Shown one piece after another: positions 44,462-53,880 of a stretch of 61,618 nucleotides of DNA (positions within the stretch are counted from its first letter, which is position 1; each line of letters opens with the position of its first letter). The stretch is from a virus (lineage: Duplodnaviria > Caudoviricetes). The position numbers and the translations under genes were made by a program. The DNA is taken from the IMG/VR virus record IMGVR_UViG_3300030331_000798, positions 1 to 61,618 of that record. One strand, given 5' to 3'. The notes beneath the pieces were generated by a model. The model was not told the origin of the DNA, did no database searches, and was given only the letters and a program-made list of their open reading frames with translations.

Positions 44462-46684
44462 TTAGCGTCTCAGGTCTTTTCCATAACTAGGGGGCTTATC
44501 AGTACCTTGTTGTGTATTTTTTGCTTTATCTTCAGGAGATTCATATAAGAAAGTGTCCTTATTGATATTGAAAGTATCGAAATACCCTCCCCTGTCCATG
44601 TATCTTTTAATTACAGGATCGATAGTAGCTCTTTTCTTAAACTGGTCTTCAAATCCTTGATAAGTCCACCGTCTTGTTTGAGGATTATATGCAAAAAACG
44701 GGTTAGCTCGGGCGTTACTGTTAATGGATATATCTCGTTTAATTTCAGACCTAAGCGCGTCTGCTTCGTCTTCGCTTAAAACAAAATTACCAGTTTCATC
44801 TCTCTCCATTAACCGTTTTAATTTTGAAGGCTCTATTCTAAAGATATTAGAAATTTCTTCATTTAGATTTGTAATGTCTCCTTGCGTTTGAGAGCGAGAA
44901 AGATTTAACAAATTACTAAAAGTTGGACTTGTTGTGTCGAATTGCCTAATTTGACTAGCTATAAACTCTGCGGTTCGTGTGCCTACATCTTTTGGTTCGC
45001 TTGACTCATAACCAACTTGCTGTAAGAAGTTGGCAACGTCTTTATCTGACAAAGTTCTTCCTGTTTGACCAGAAGCTGCAGCAGCCGAATAAGCTAGTCG
45101 TATTTGAGCAGCAATCAAACGGCCTCGGGTCACTACGTTTTGCCTGATGGTGTCTCTATCCCCGAAACTAAAAACATTTCCATCGCGACCAATAATTTCA
45201 CCAGAAGTACCACCTTCTAACCGAGCCAATGCATCTATTAAGTCTTGGTCTGCTCTTTTTTGAGCAGCGTTTAAGGGTCCTGTTCCTGTGTAATTTTGAT
45301 AAGCTGCGGCGTGGTTATTAGCTGCTGCATAAACACCCAATACGTTAGCCGTAGCTAGGTTGTTTGCTTGCGCGTTACGCATTTGGGTGGTAATAATGTC
45401 TTGCGTATTAAGCCCAAAATTCTTAGACACAAAAGAATCAAGAGTAGCTATTTCATTGTTTAGACTATTAAACAATCTGTTAGCTAAGACACCTGTGTTC
45501 GTAAACGCTTCTAACCCAATTTCAGGATTATCTACAGCATCTTTAGCTATGGATAAAACAACATGACCTGAGTCTAATACACCGTTGAGCATCGTGTATG
45601 CAAGATCTCTATCTGCAAACATATCAGCAATTTCTTGCTTTCCTTTCTTTAGAGCTGGTGCACCTTCTATGCCACGTTGATCAAGTATCCAATTTTTCTT
45701 GAGAGCTCTCCATTCGTCTATAGTCCTAGGTGGGCCACCATCCGGATCTTGGATTATAGTTAATGCCCCGCGAGTTCCATCGGGTTTTGTTGCTTCAGGG
45801 TAAAATACACCATACGCACGCTCAGTCGGGTCTTCTTCGTTTATAAAGTTTACTTGCTGTGCACTAGGAAGATCTTGATCGTCGAACGCGAAACGGTTGT
45901 TGCTATATGCTTGTCCTCTAGGAACAGTCATTTTCTTATTTGTGTTTGAATCGTAGTAAAAGTCAACATTAGGATCGCCTTGGCTCACCACCCACTGTAC
46001 TAAACCGTCTGAACTTTTGATTGTGTCCCTAGTTACTGGTACAGCTCTGTTTGTTTCTACGTCTAAATAAGCCGAGTATTTTGTTTCTCTGTCTAAATCT
46101 ATGTCTTCGCCTAAAACTTTACCTCGCTCCTCTAACCTAGAAAGAGCGGCCTGTAAAACACTGTCGTCGTAATCACCTAGTCGTTTAGTTCCTGCCTGTA
46201 CTCCTTTTATATAAGGGTCTGCCGCATCTTCATCTAAGAAAAACGCAGGAGCAACGGAACCAATTCCTTCTATAAGCTGGCCGAGGGCCGTGGGTCTCGT
46301 AGGGGTTTTATATTTAGGTAAAAACTGTTCTACTCTTTGTTTTCTTTTAAGATATTCGTACCGTTCCGGAGCAGACATTTGAGCTAGTTGTTGTTGCTCT
46401 AAGGCTTCTTCTTGAGCAATACGTTCATCTTCTTTTTCTAACTTTAACCAATCAGGCGCGTCTTCACCTAATAATGCACCAAGTCCTTTTACTCCCAGTC
46501 TACCTAAAGAGGGAGCAACCATTCCTAATAGGGCACCCGTAAGCTGATCTTTAGTATCAGGTTCTTCTTTAGCTCTGATTGGCGTACCGGTTTGCAGTTT
46601 AGGAGCTGCTTGTAATTTAGGTACTTGAATCGAAGGGAGACCTTTCCCTCCTGCTGGCCCTATTGGTTGAAACTGGTATGCCAT
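44462..46684 (-). CDS. Putative internal virion / ejection protein
   Basis: 740 aa; GRTLSDKD motif; adjacent to other ejection-type genes. Confidence 0.55.
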   Translation of the reverse strand: MAYQFQPIGPAGGKGLPSIQVPKLQAAPKLQTGTPIRAKEEPDTKDQLTGALLGMVAPSLGRLGVKGLGALLGEDAPDWLKLEKEDERIAQEEALEQQQLAQMSAPERYEYLKRKQRVEQFLPKYKTPTRPTALGQLIEGIGSVAPAFFLDEDAADPYIKGVQAGTKRLGDYDDSVLQAALSRLEERGKVLGEDIDLDRETKYSAYLDVETNRAVPVTRDTIKSSDGLVQWVVSQGDPNVDFYYDSNTNKKMTVPRGQAYSNNRFAFDDQDLPSAQQVNFINEEDPTERAYGVFYPEATKPDGTRGALTIIQDPDGGPPRTIDEWRALKKNWILDQRGIEGAPALKKGKQEIADMFADRDLAYTMLNGVLDSGHVVLSIAKDAVDNPEIGLEAFTNTGVLANRLFNSLNNEIATLDSFVSKNFGLNTQDIITTQMRNAQANNLATANVLGVYAAANNHAAAYQNYTGTGPLNAAQKRADQDLIDALARLEGGTSGEIIGRDGNVFSFGDRDTIRQNVVTRGRLIAAQIRLAYSAAAASGQTGRTLSDKDVANFLQQVGYESSEPKDVGTRTAEFIASQIRQFDTTSPTFSNLLNLSRSQTQGDITNLNEEISNIFRIEPSKLKRLMERDETGNFVLSEDEADALRSEIKRDISINSNARANPFFAYNPQTRRWTYQGFEDQFKKRATIDPVIKRYMDRGGYFDTFNINKDTFLYESPEDKAKNTQQGTDKPPSYGKDLRR

Positions 46685-47898
46685 TATCCGGGTCCACCAA
46701 AGTTATAGTAATTGTACGGATTAGCTCCAAACGCTGCGGTAGTCCCACCAGTCTGGGCTGTTGGACCAGAGTATCCTGTACCCCCTAGTAGCGGCCCTGC
46801 ACCTGTTAAGAAGTTTCCGTAACCTTGGAACAACTGAGCTGGTAAGTTGTACTGGCCTACGAAATTCTGGTAGTTAAGATCCATTAGAGCTTGGTTTCTA
46901 GCTCGGTTCATACCACCGATACCTAGTTGAGACTGTACATCGCCTGCTATTAGTCCTGGCATCGCCGCGCCGTAACCTTGATACTGTCCTGCCGCACCTG
47001 TTTGTGCTCCTCCTAACTGGCCAGCGATAGCTTGTAATCCTTGTCCTGTACCTAAACCCATACCATACATAGATTGGCCGCCTTCACCAATACCTTGTCC
47101 TGTAGCCGACGCCATTCCGAATCTTTGTTGTCCTAACCCAGCTAGTCCTGTAGCGGCATCTTGTCGAGCCTGTTGCCGTCTAGCAAACTCGCTCATACCT
47201 TGTTCTTGAGCACGTTGATAACCTTGAGAACGAATACCGGACACTGCTTCCATTAGACCACGGTCTCTTGCTCGTTCAGACTCAGCTTGTGTTAACCTAG
47301 AACGAGAACCTCCGAAGCCCCCTGAGCCAATCTCACCGGCTCGTCGACCGATATCGCCTTGGGCAGCAGATTCACGAATATCTTTCATTGCTTGTTGGAC
47401 TACTTCATCCTCGTAAGGATCCATATAGCTTTTATAGGCTGTCGACGGATCATATTCAGCCGCCGCCGTATCTCTTAATCTTCTAGCCGACTCTCCCGTT
47501 AGCCTATCTCCGCGCCTATAGCCCTCTTTAAGCGTATCTAAGCCTAAGCGGGTATAGTCCTCCCCCATACCCTGTGCGCGGCGTAGCGCGGCTGCTGCTT
47601 CGGAAGCTCCTGCTCCTTGCGTAGCGAGAGCATCTTCGGTTAATCCAGCAGCACGTTGGAAATAAGGTTGGTACGCACCTACGCCCTGATCTGCAAGCTG
47701 CATTGCATATTGTTCTCTAGGAGAGAATCCTGCAATACGATCACCTGTATAAGTAAACGGGCTTGTATCTGGTCCACCTAAGTTTTCAAATTGACTTTTA
47801 TAGTAATCAGAAACTCCTGGAAGGAGACCCCCTGTACCGGCTAACAGGTTGTAAAGATAAGTATCCGGTCTCTGATAACTATATGCTGGATCTGCCAT
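46684..47898 (-). CDS. Putative DNA pilot / ejection protein
   Basis: Gly/Gln/Ala-rich; YMDPY and GGFGGSR motifs. Confidence 0.6.
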   Translation of the reverse strand: MADPAYSYQRPDTYLYNLLAGTGGLLPGVSDYYKSQFENLGGPDTSPFTYTGDRIAGFSPREQYAMQLADQGVGAYQPYFQRAAGLTEDALATQGAGASEAAAALRRAQGMGEDYTRLGLDTLKEGYRRGDRLTGESARRLRDTAAAEYDPSTAYKSYMDPYEDEVVQQAMKDIRESAAQGDIGRRAGEIGSGGFGGSRSRLTQAESERARDRGLMEAVSGIRSQGYQRAQEQGMSEFARRQQARQDAATGLAGLGQQRFGMASATGQGIGEGGQSMYGMGLGTGQGLQAIAGQLGGAQTGAAGQYQGYGAAMPGLIAGDVQSQLGIGGMNRARNQALMDLNYQNFVGQYNLPAQLFQGYGNFLTGAGPLLGGTGYSGPTAQTGGTTAAFGANPYNYYNFGGPG

Positions 47899-48524
47899 TA
47901 GACAAGCCTTCCGTCGTTATTTATTTCATCAAGGGCTGCAATCCCACGTGCGTGGTTGCCCCCTCCCATTCGCCGTACTCCGTTAGCGGATACAACGTAT
48001 TCTTTATCACTGGCCCATATCGGTACTAAGTCATCTCGTTCACCACCGATCCCGTCTACTTCACCCCCGCCAAGAAACAGCTTACGGTTAAGGACGGTGC
48101 CTCCATCATTCATACCTATGCCACCAACTCCTTCTATTTCTGTAGGTTTAGGTGCTCTATAGCGCGGGGCTTTAGCAGGGGCTTCTATGTCGTCTCCTGC
48201 TGTAAACAGTTTATACAAATTACCTAACAAACTTACAACATCCATCGACGTCAAATCAGGTTTTTCAGGAGCGATAAATTCTTTTAATTTTTGTCCAAAA
48301 GTTAGCTGAGGGGTTGGAGTAACGCTGGCAGCTCCGCTACCGTTTCGCATATAAAGAGGTGCATCTACTGCATCGCGATACTGTTCTACGGTTAGCGAAC
48401 CAAGACCTTTACTACGAGGGTTTTCTCCGAAGCGTTCTATGATAGACGCAGAGACTTTAGGGTTTTTACTAGAGAAATCCGCAAGAATCTTCTCTTTCAT
48501 TTCATCACTGTATATAGAAGCCAT
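47898..48524 (-). CDS. Putative virion protein
   Basis: GGEVDGIGGERDDLVPIWASDKEYVV, resembling the GPGTGTSD...LSxGEFV tail-associated motif. Confidence 0.55.
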   Translation of the reverse strand: MASIYSDEMKEKILADFSSKNPKVSASIIERFGENPRSKGLGSLTVEQYRDAVDAPLYMRNGSGAASVTPTPQLTFGQKLKEFIAPEKPDLTSMDVVSLLGNLYKLFTAGDDIEAPAKAPRYRAPKPTEIEGVGGIGMNDGGTVLNRKLFLGGGEVDGIGGERDDLVPIWASDKEYVVSANGVRRMGGGNHARGIAALDEINNDGRLV

Positions 48525-48943
48525 TACTCTGTTTCCTGCTCCTCTTGCTGTTCCTCGTCAAACTCACGGTAATATTTTACTATTGAAAGCATCTGACGGA
48601 TATAGCGTTTTATATCCGCAATGTTACCTGATAAGTTCTCATAACCCTTAGAAGTAAGAGAGTGCCAAGCGTTTGCAGGAGCGTTCCCTTCTTCTAAATC
48701 TTCTAAATACTCCTCCATCGTTTCAGGAGTTAATATCTTCCATTCTACCGGAAGAAAAGTTACTGCGTTTGGTAACGGAGGATGATACATAGGAGCATCT
48801 TTTACAACCGTTACAACCTCTACTGGTTGGACTTCAGGTATCGAGGGTTTTGAATCCCCGAACCATGAACAACCACTAATTAGGAGCAATACTAATACTA
48901 TTAGAGCTTTCATTAAACTGGTACGGGTTAGTAAGTTTTTCAA
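48524..48943 (-). CDS. o-spanin-like lipoprotein
   Basis: Signal peptide with lipobox LISGC; Pro-rich; overlaps the i-spanin-like gene. Confidence 0.7.
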   Translation of the reverse strand: MKNLLTRTSLMKALIVLVLLLISGCSWFGDSKPSIPEVQPVEVVTVVKDAPMYHPPLPNAVTFLPVEWKILTPETMEEYLEDLEEGNAPANAWHSLTSKGYENLSGNIADIKRYIRQMLSIVKYYREFDEEQQEEQETE

Positions 48944-49322
48944 ATTCCGCTCCGACGGCTCGCGTGCCTCGGTTCACTATATTCTCGATTAATCCAGGTT
49001 TTCTCAAAGAAAGCACATTGAGATCGTGCTTCGCGAACTTTTTTCTAATGGTTTCAACCTCAGCTTGTGCTTGCTGGTTTTCATCGGTTAGCTTTTCTAT
49101 TTGAGCAACCATAAGTTCTTGGTTTCTAATGGTTTCTTTAAGGTTTTCGTTTTGAGTTTCTATAGTGCGTTCTAGGGTTTTTTGGTTCTGGATTGATTGT
49201 TCTAACCTTATATGAAACGCATTAATCTCAGCCTGAGACTTGTCGTAATAGAGTTTAAACGCGCCTGCTGTAATCGCTAAAGCCAACCCTAGTCCCGCAC
49301 TTAATTTCCAGCCCATAATCAT
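48876..49322 (-). CDS. i-spanin-like protein
   Basis: N-terminal TM helix followed by a long coiled coil. Confidence 0.7.
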   Translation of the reverse strand: MIMGWKLSAGLGLALAITAGAFKLYYDKSQAEINAFHIRLEQSIQNQKTLERTIETQNENLKETIRNQELMVAQIEKLTDENQQAQAEVETIRKKFAKHDLNVLSLRKPGLIENIVNRGTRAVGAEFEKLTNPYQFNESSNSISIAPN

Positions 49323-49531
49323 ATTAAAAAATTAATGTTATTTGGCCTAGTTCTGCCGTCTTCGATCTGAACTTTACCGCTTTTCGCTATATAGAGCATC
49401 AATTCAGCGTTACCGGAAACTCGACGCCTATTTTCTCTTTGAGTTGACTCCATTAACTTCTCATACCGTTCTTCAGCCGCTTGTCTCCAAGAGGCTTGAG
49501 CTGGTTGTGTTGTTGGTCTTATCTCCATCAT
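49319..49531 (-). CDS. Hypothetical protein
   Basis: 70 aa, coupled. Confidence 0.5.
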   Translation of the reverse strand: MMEIRPTTQPAQASWRQAAEERYEKLMESTQRENRRRVSGNAELMLYIAKSGKVQIEDGRTRPNNINFLI

Positions 49532-49992
49532 CTAAAGATTACTATAACCCCTCCAATTAAAATAAATGCGCAAAGTAAGCCTATAGCGGTCACCCCCATT
49601 ATAATCCAAATCTGCCTAATCATCTTCTTTCTAGCAGCAGCCCTAGCTTTGATAGCTTCCATCTGTCGTTTGTGGTTAGCCTTCTGCCTAGCTTTAGCGT
49701 CTTCCCAGCGTTGAAGTAAAGCTGGATCATGAATAACCAACATATCATGGAGCGACTTTTCCCACTGATCGCGTCTATGTTTTATTGATTCCAATTTCAA
49801 AAGCTCCTGTGAGCTAAGGTTATTAATAACCGAGTCTTTCTTTTCGCGCTCAAACGAGTCTAGCGCATCAGAAAACCCTTGCATCAATTCAACTGCTTTC
49901 GCAGCCCCATCACCGACCTCGTTCAATTTATTTATGGCCGTTGAGATGGTCGATAGTATCGCACCGGCAGCGGCGACTGATTCTATAATCAT
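49528..49992 (-). CDS. Membrane protein with C-terminal TM helix
   Basis: IWIIMGVTAIGLLCAFILIGGVIVIF. Confidence 0.65.
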   Translation of the reverse strand: MIIESVAAAGAILSTISTAINKLNEVGDGAAKAVELMQGFSDALDSFEREKKDSVINNLSSQELLKLESIKHRRDQWEKSLHDMLVIHDPALLQRWEDAKARQKANHKRQMEAIKARAAARKKMIRQIWIIMGVTAIGLLCAFILIGGVIVIFR

Positions 49993-50001
49993 CGGCTTGC
50001 C

Positions 50002-50334
50002 TTATGGCTTACGTGACATATAGGCTGTTGCGCCGAAATACAAACCTATAATAGAAGCTTGTGAAAGAAAGAGCATATCCGAAAGAGAAGAAAGAGTACT
50101 AAGTCGTTCTTCTGGAACAAACGGTAACAACGGTAATAATGAATATAAAACCATGGAAGCCATAGCTACCCACGCTATTCTGCGTTGAGAGTCTTGTTTC
50201 TCTTCTCTTAAGTCTAACTCAATCATCTGTGTCGCTCGTTCCAGCTCTTCATCTGAAACTGTTCCGTCTTGGTCTATGTCGTATTTAGCCCAAACAGAAT
50301 TTTCTTGTAACTTTTTAACCATAGTCAATCCCAA
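50002..50334 (-). CDS. Two-TM holin-like protein with N-terminal EF-hand-like loop
   Basis: DIDQDGTVSDEE followed by two hydrophobic segments. Confidence 0.55.
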   Translation of the reverse strand: MGLTMVKKLQENSVWAKYDIDQDGTVSDEELERATQMIELDLREEKQDSQRRIAWVAMASMVLYSLLPLLPFVPEERLSTLSSLSDMLFLSQASIIGLYFGATAYMSRKP

Positions 50335-50552
50335 AATTTTTGGTTGGCTGCTGTCATCACTGGCTTGCAGTAAGCGGTTATATTATGCTGTTTAATACCA
50401 CCTCTACAACGGGCATCTCTGCAATTGTGTTCTATCCAATATGCGAACTGCTGGCATCTATGGATATCTCTAAACAACATTTGATCTGAACCTTGCGCTA
50501 CGTTTCCCTCAATAACGGTAATTAACATAAAGGCTAGTATTGTGCCTTTCAT
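50325..50552 (-). CDS. Small Cys-containing hypothetical protein
   Basis: 75 aa; FRDIHRC...AYCKP. Confidence 0.55.
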   Translation of the reverse strand: MKGTILAFMLITVIEGNVAQGSDQMLFRDIHRCQQFAYWIEHNCRDARCRGGIKQHNITAYCKPVMTAANQKFWD

Positions 50553-51004
50553 TCAAATGGCGTGTATTGCTTGCCATGATAAACCAGAGCTTGGTTTCTA
50601 TTTTCTCCAGCAGACACATAAGAAACATGAATCCAACCACTGTTAGGGTCTACTCCATCATAAAACTCAAGGATTAACTGGTCATAGTCCAAATTATCTA
50701 TTATCCATCGAGCTACTTTATCGTTATGTATTCCTGGAATTTCGAAATCTATTGCTTGTCCTTTACAATGCTGACTGTTAGAACTTGAACCTATTGCAGC
50801 GTTTAATTCTTGACATCGATACCCGCTATTAAGAGTAAACGGTATTCCGTAATGTATTCTAACTGGTTCTATTACATTCTCCAGAACACGTTTTAAATTT
50901 TCTAGCTCCTCACCAGTAGCGGTATTATCTATACCATGCCGCTGTGCTGTTTCACTTCTACAACACTCATTTAGTGTAAAATGCTCGCTTAACTTCTCAC
51001 TCAT
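50549..51004 (-). CDS. Peptidase M15A-family endolysin
   Basis: SEHFTL, SGYRC, SQHCKGQAID, WIHVS. Confidence 0.88.
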   Translation of the reverse strand: MSEKLSEHFTLNECCRSETAQRHGIDNTATGEELENLKRVLENVIEPVRIHYGIPFTLNSGYRCQELNAAIGSSSNSQHCKGQAIDFEIPGIHNDKVARWIIDNLDYDQLILEFYDGVDPNSGWIHVSYVSAGENRNQALVYHGKQYTPFE

Positions 51005-51342
51005 TAGCTAATCTCCACCGTTATATCACCGCTTGCAACTACTTGTATAGTTCCCAATGTAGCGGTTGCGCTTAACCCTGAAGTTTCTGGTGTAGAAAGA
51101 TATTCCCAACGAGTACCTAACCAAACCTGAAGAACTTCCTCTGTTAAGTTCCAGATTACTTCTCCTGTTGGAAACTGTAACTCATCTATTTCTTCGGCGG
51201 TGTATTGAGGTGTTGCGTCAAAATCAATCGCATCTAAACTAAGTTCTAATATACGAACAAATCTATTGAACGTATTTACATCAACAAACTGATTCGTGTA
51301 CGGAGAAACTAGGGGCAAACGCCCTTGTAATATCTTGCTCAT
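51004..51342 (-). CDS. Virion structural protein
   Basis: 112 aa; GEVIWN...LQVWLGTRW. Confidence 0.55.
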   Translation of the reverse strand: MSKILQGRLPLVSPYTNQFVDVNTFNRFVRILELSLDAIDFDATPQYTAEEIDELQFPTGEVIWNLTEEVLQVWLGTRWEYLSTPETSGLSATATLGTIQVVASGDITVEIS

Positions 51343-53228
51343 CTTCTACCGTTAGGACGAAGATCTAAACGAGTACCACCGACTCTAAAGCCTACTCCTA
51401 GTTGCACACCTTCAGCAGCATCGTCATCAGATTCAAAACGAACTACGGCTTGCCTTGCACGCGCTCGCATATCTATTTTCGTAGTAGTTGCTGTAAATGC
51501 GCTTGTACTATCTGTTGCTAAAGAATCACCAGGATAATTACGGGTCTTTAACACTGTGTTTATTTGTTGTCCAGAACCACCAGCCCCTGTAAATTTAACG
51601 TCTGGTATCATACGGCGTATAAACTGAAACTCTTCTCCTTCTCCTATATCGAAGTCTCCTGACTCAATATATACGTTAGTCATCGGAGAACCGTCTGCAT
51701 CGTTACCAGTTTCATGGTCGTAAATATAGTAGTTGCTGTTTGCTTCACCGGCGGCTCTAGGGTTGTTTTCTATTCCTTCATCGATCCATGCTGTTCTATC
51801 TAATTGTCCTATAGACCAAACATTATCCACGTAGTTAAACACAGCATAACGGTTAGGTAAGTTAGAATCACTAGAGCTGTAAAACCAGCCTACTTCATTA
51901 AATTGACGGTTTAAAAATCCAAAAAACTGGAAGTTCTGCTCTTCGTTAATATCGTCAAACACATAACTTTGTACTGAACAAGGTATGTTTTGCACAGAAC
52001 CGTTATATATATAAAAACCTTTACGATCCATCCAAAAAATACCAGCAGGAGAATTAACAGCTGCGTTAGGCCCGATCAACCCCACACCTTCGTTAATTAG
52101 GTTTAGTCCAAAAGTCAGCGGAGGGCCAATGAATTGTAAACTATATAACGAAGTGTCTGTCCAAATAAGCACTTCTTGACGTGCTCTTATGCCGCCTATG
52201 ATTTGAGATCCTGAAGAAAGTCTTAAAGACCCTGCGGTATTAGTACTTTTAGGTTCCCATTCCAATATATTTTCTTGATCACAAAAAGCAATAAGTAACG
52301 GGTCTATAACGCTCGTGCGTGCAGTCCCGTCAGTATTAATAGGATCTGCTCCTAAAACAATGGCGTGGCGGTCTATATCTGACACAAGTACTTGAAGCCC
52401 TACGGTCGGCGGTAAATTAGCCCCAGAAAGATCTTCTAATGCTTTAGCTCTAACTGAAACGGTATCTGTATTATCCCAAAAGAAAATATTCCCCGCTCTT
52501 GCGCAAGAAAGCATATCCTCGCCAAAATTATCAATCGACCACAATCTCAGCTGATTAGAAGCACTTAGTGCGCTAACAGAACCAAACGTACCCTCGCCCC
52601 AAGTACCAGAACCCCAACCAGAACCTTGAACATAAGTATCAAGCCCAATATTAATTTGATATGCACCAACTACACTACTTCCACCGTTACCGCTATCGCT
52701 GGCATTCGCAGTTACAGTGGTTCCTGAAGTATCTTTGGCCGTAAAAGTATATGTGTTAGCAGTGGGAACAGTAGCTATTTCGTATTCTTGATTAAGGACA
52801 GCAGCAGTCACATTACCGCCTAAACTTGAAGCTCCGCTAAACGTAACGAAATCGCCTGCCATTGCTCCATGGCTTGTGTCTGTCGCTGTAATAGTAGAAG
52901 AACCGTTAGTCGCTGAAAAAGTAACATCCCCTGCGCTCGTAGTTAAACGAAGAGGTGTTATGTCATAAAACGCATCACCTTCTTGAATGTATAGCTTTAC
53001 ACGGGTTCCGATACCTAAGAATTTTGTGCCTTGAAGATTAACCCAAGCGTGAAGTTTACGTCCTGTTCCTTTATAAGCATTAAGAGAATTTTTAGCCCAC
53101 CCGCCTATCTTTTCTGGTAATCCTTTACGAAATCGAACTAAATTACCGTCAAACCAGCCTCCCTCAGCTGTATAGGCAGTTCCTTCTTTGTTGATTCCTG
53201 GATTGAATAAAAACTTTTGTAAAGGCAT
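51339..53228 (-). CDS. Tail hub/nozzle (packaged-DNA stabilisation-like) protein
   Basis: 629 aa, beta-rich with propeller-like repeats and an inserted beta domain; located in the tail module. Confidence 0.6.
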   Translation of the reverse strand: MPLQKFLFNPGINKEGTAYTAEGGWFDGNLVRFRKGLPEKIGGWAKNSLNAYKGTGRKLHAWVNLQGTKFLGIGTRVKLYIQEGDAFYDITPLRLTTSAGDVTFSATNGSSTITATDTSHGAMAGDFVTFSGASSLGGNVTAAVLNQEYEIATVPTANTYTFTAKDTSGTTVTANASDSGNGGSSVVGAYQINIGLDTYVQGSGWGSGTWGEGTFGSVSALSASNQLRLWSIDNFGEDMLSCARAGNIFFWDNTDTVSVRAKALEDLSGANLPPTVGLQVLVSDIDRHAIVLGADPINTDGTARTSVIDPLLIAFCDQENILEWEPKSTNTAGSLRLSSGSQIIGGIRARQEVLIWTDTSLYSLQFIGPPLTFGLNLINEGVGLIGPNAAVNSPAGIFWMDRKGFYIYNGSVQNIPCSVQSYVFDDINEEQNFQFFGFLNRQFNEVGWFYSSSDSNLPNRYAVFNYVDNVWSIGQLDRTAWIDEGIENNPRAAGEANSNYYIYDHETGNDADGSPMTNVYIESGDFDIGEGEEFQFIRRMIPDVKFTGAGGSGQQINTVLKTRNYPGDSLATDSTSAFTATTTKIDMRARARQAVVRFESDDDAAEGVQLGVGFRVGGTRLDLRPNGRR

Positions 53229-53237
53229 AGCTCACAA

Positions 53238-53453
53238 CTATAGAAACTTAGCTACAACTATAGTCGCAACCATAAACGGATACACTCCCCAAATCATCAT
53301 TTCTAGTTTTTTAAATTTTTCTGAGCCTTCTTCTAAGCGTTCTTCAATGCGTTCGTATCGCAAAGCACATTCTCTTTGATGAGTTTTTAACTCATTTAAA
53401 GTTTGTTGTGACGCTGGTTCTTTGGTTTTAACTTGAGATTTTTTTGAAGCCAT
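53238..53453 (-). CDS. Small coiled-coil membrane protein
   Basis: HQRECALRY coiled coil followed by a C-terminal TM. Confidence 0.6.
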   Translation of the reverse strand: MASKKSQVKTKEPASQQTLNELKTHQRECALRYERIEERLEEGSEKFKKLEMMIWGVYPFMVATIVVAKFL

Positions 53454-53656
53454 TAATCAGACCTTTTGACAAACTTAATAGGATTAGTTGTAGCCCCTTC
53501 TTTTGCCTTACCAATGTTTAACGCTGCGATCTCAACGATCTTATATAGACGTCCAATCAACGCATCATCTTTAGGCGTAGGAGTAAGGCTGCATATGATC
53601 GATGCCGCACACACAATACCCGTTACTACAGATATTATATTAAGAACAAAATCCAT
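53453..53656 (-). CDS. Putative holin
   Basis: TM segment followed by LTPTPKDD. Confidence 0.55.
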   Translation of the reverse strand: MDFVLNIISVVTGIVCAASIICSLTPTPKDDALIGRLYKIVEIAALNIGKAKEGATTNPIKFVKRSD

Positions 53657-53880
53657 TATTCTTGCTCCGGAGTAACCGCTTCTAGTTGTTGCGCATACCA
53701 GTTAAACGCTGCCATGTGTGTATCGAGTTGTTTTTGATTAGAGTTAATAATCTGGGTTATTTGAGCAATTTGTTCTCTAAGCTCATCCATCCTAGTATTT
53801 AACATCTCAGGATTAGGAGGAAGCTCAACGACCTCAGTTTCCTCTGTAACTTCCGTTTGAATGTCTTGTTCCGTCATCAT
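53656..53880 (-). CDS. Small coiled-coil protein
   Basis: 74 aa, heptad pattern. Confidence 0.55.
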   Translation of the reverse strand: MMTEQDIQTEVTEETEVVELPPNPEMLNTRMDELREQIAQITQIINSNQKQLDTHMAAFNWYAQQLEAVTPEQE

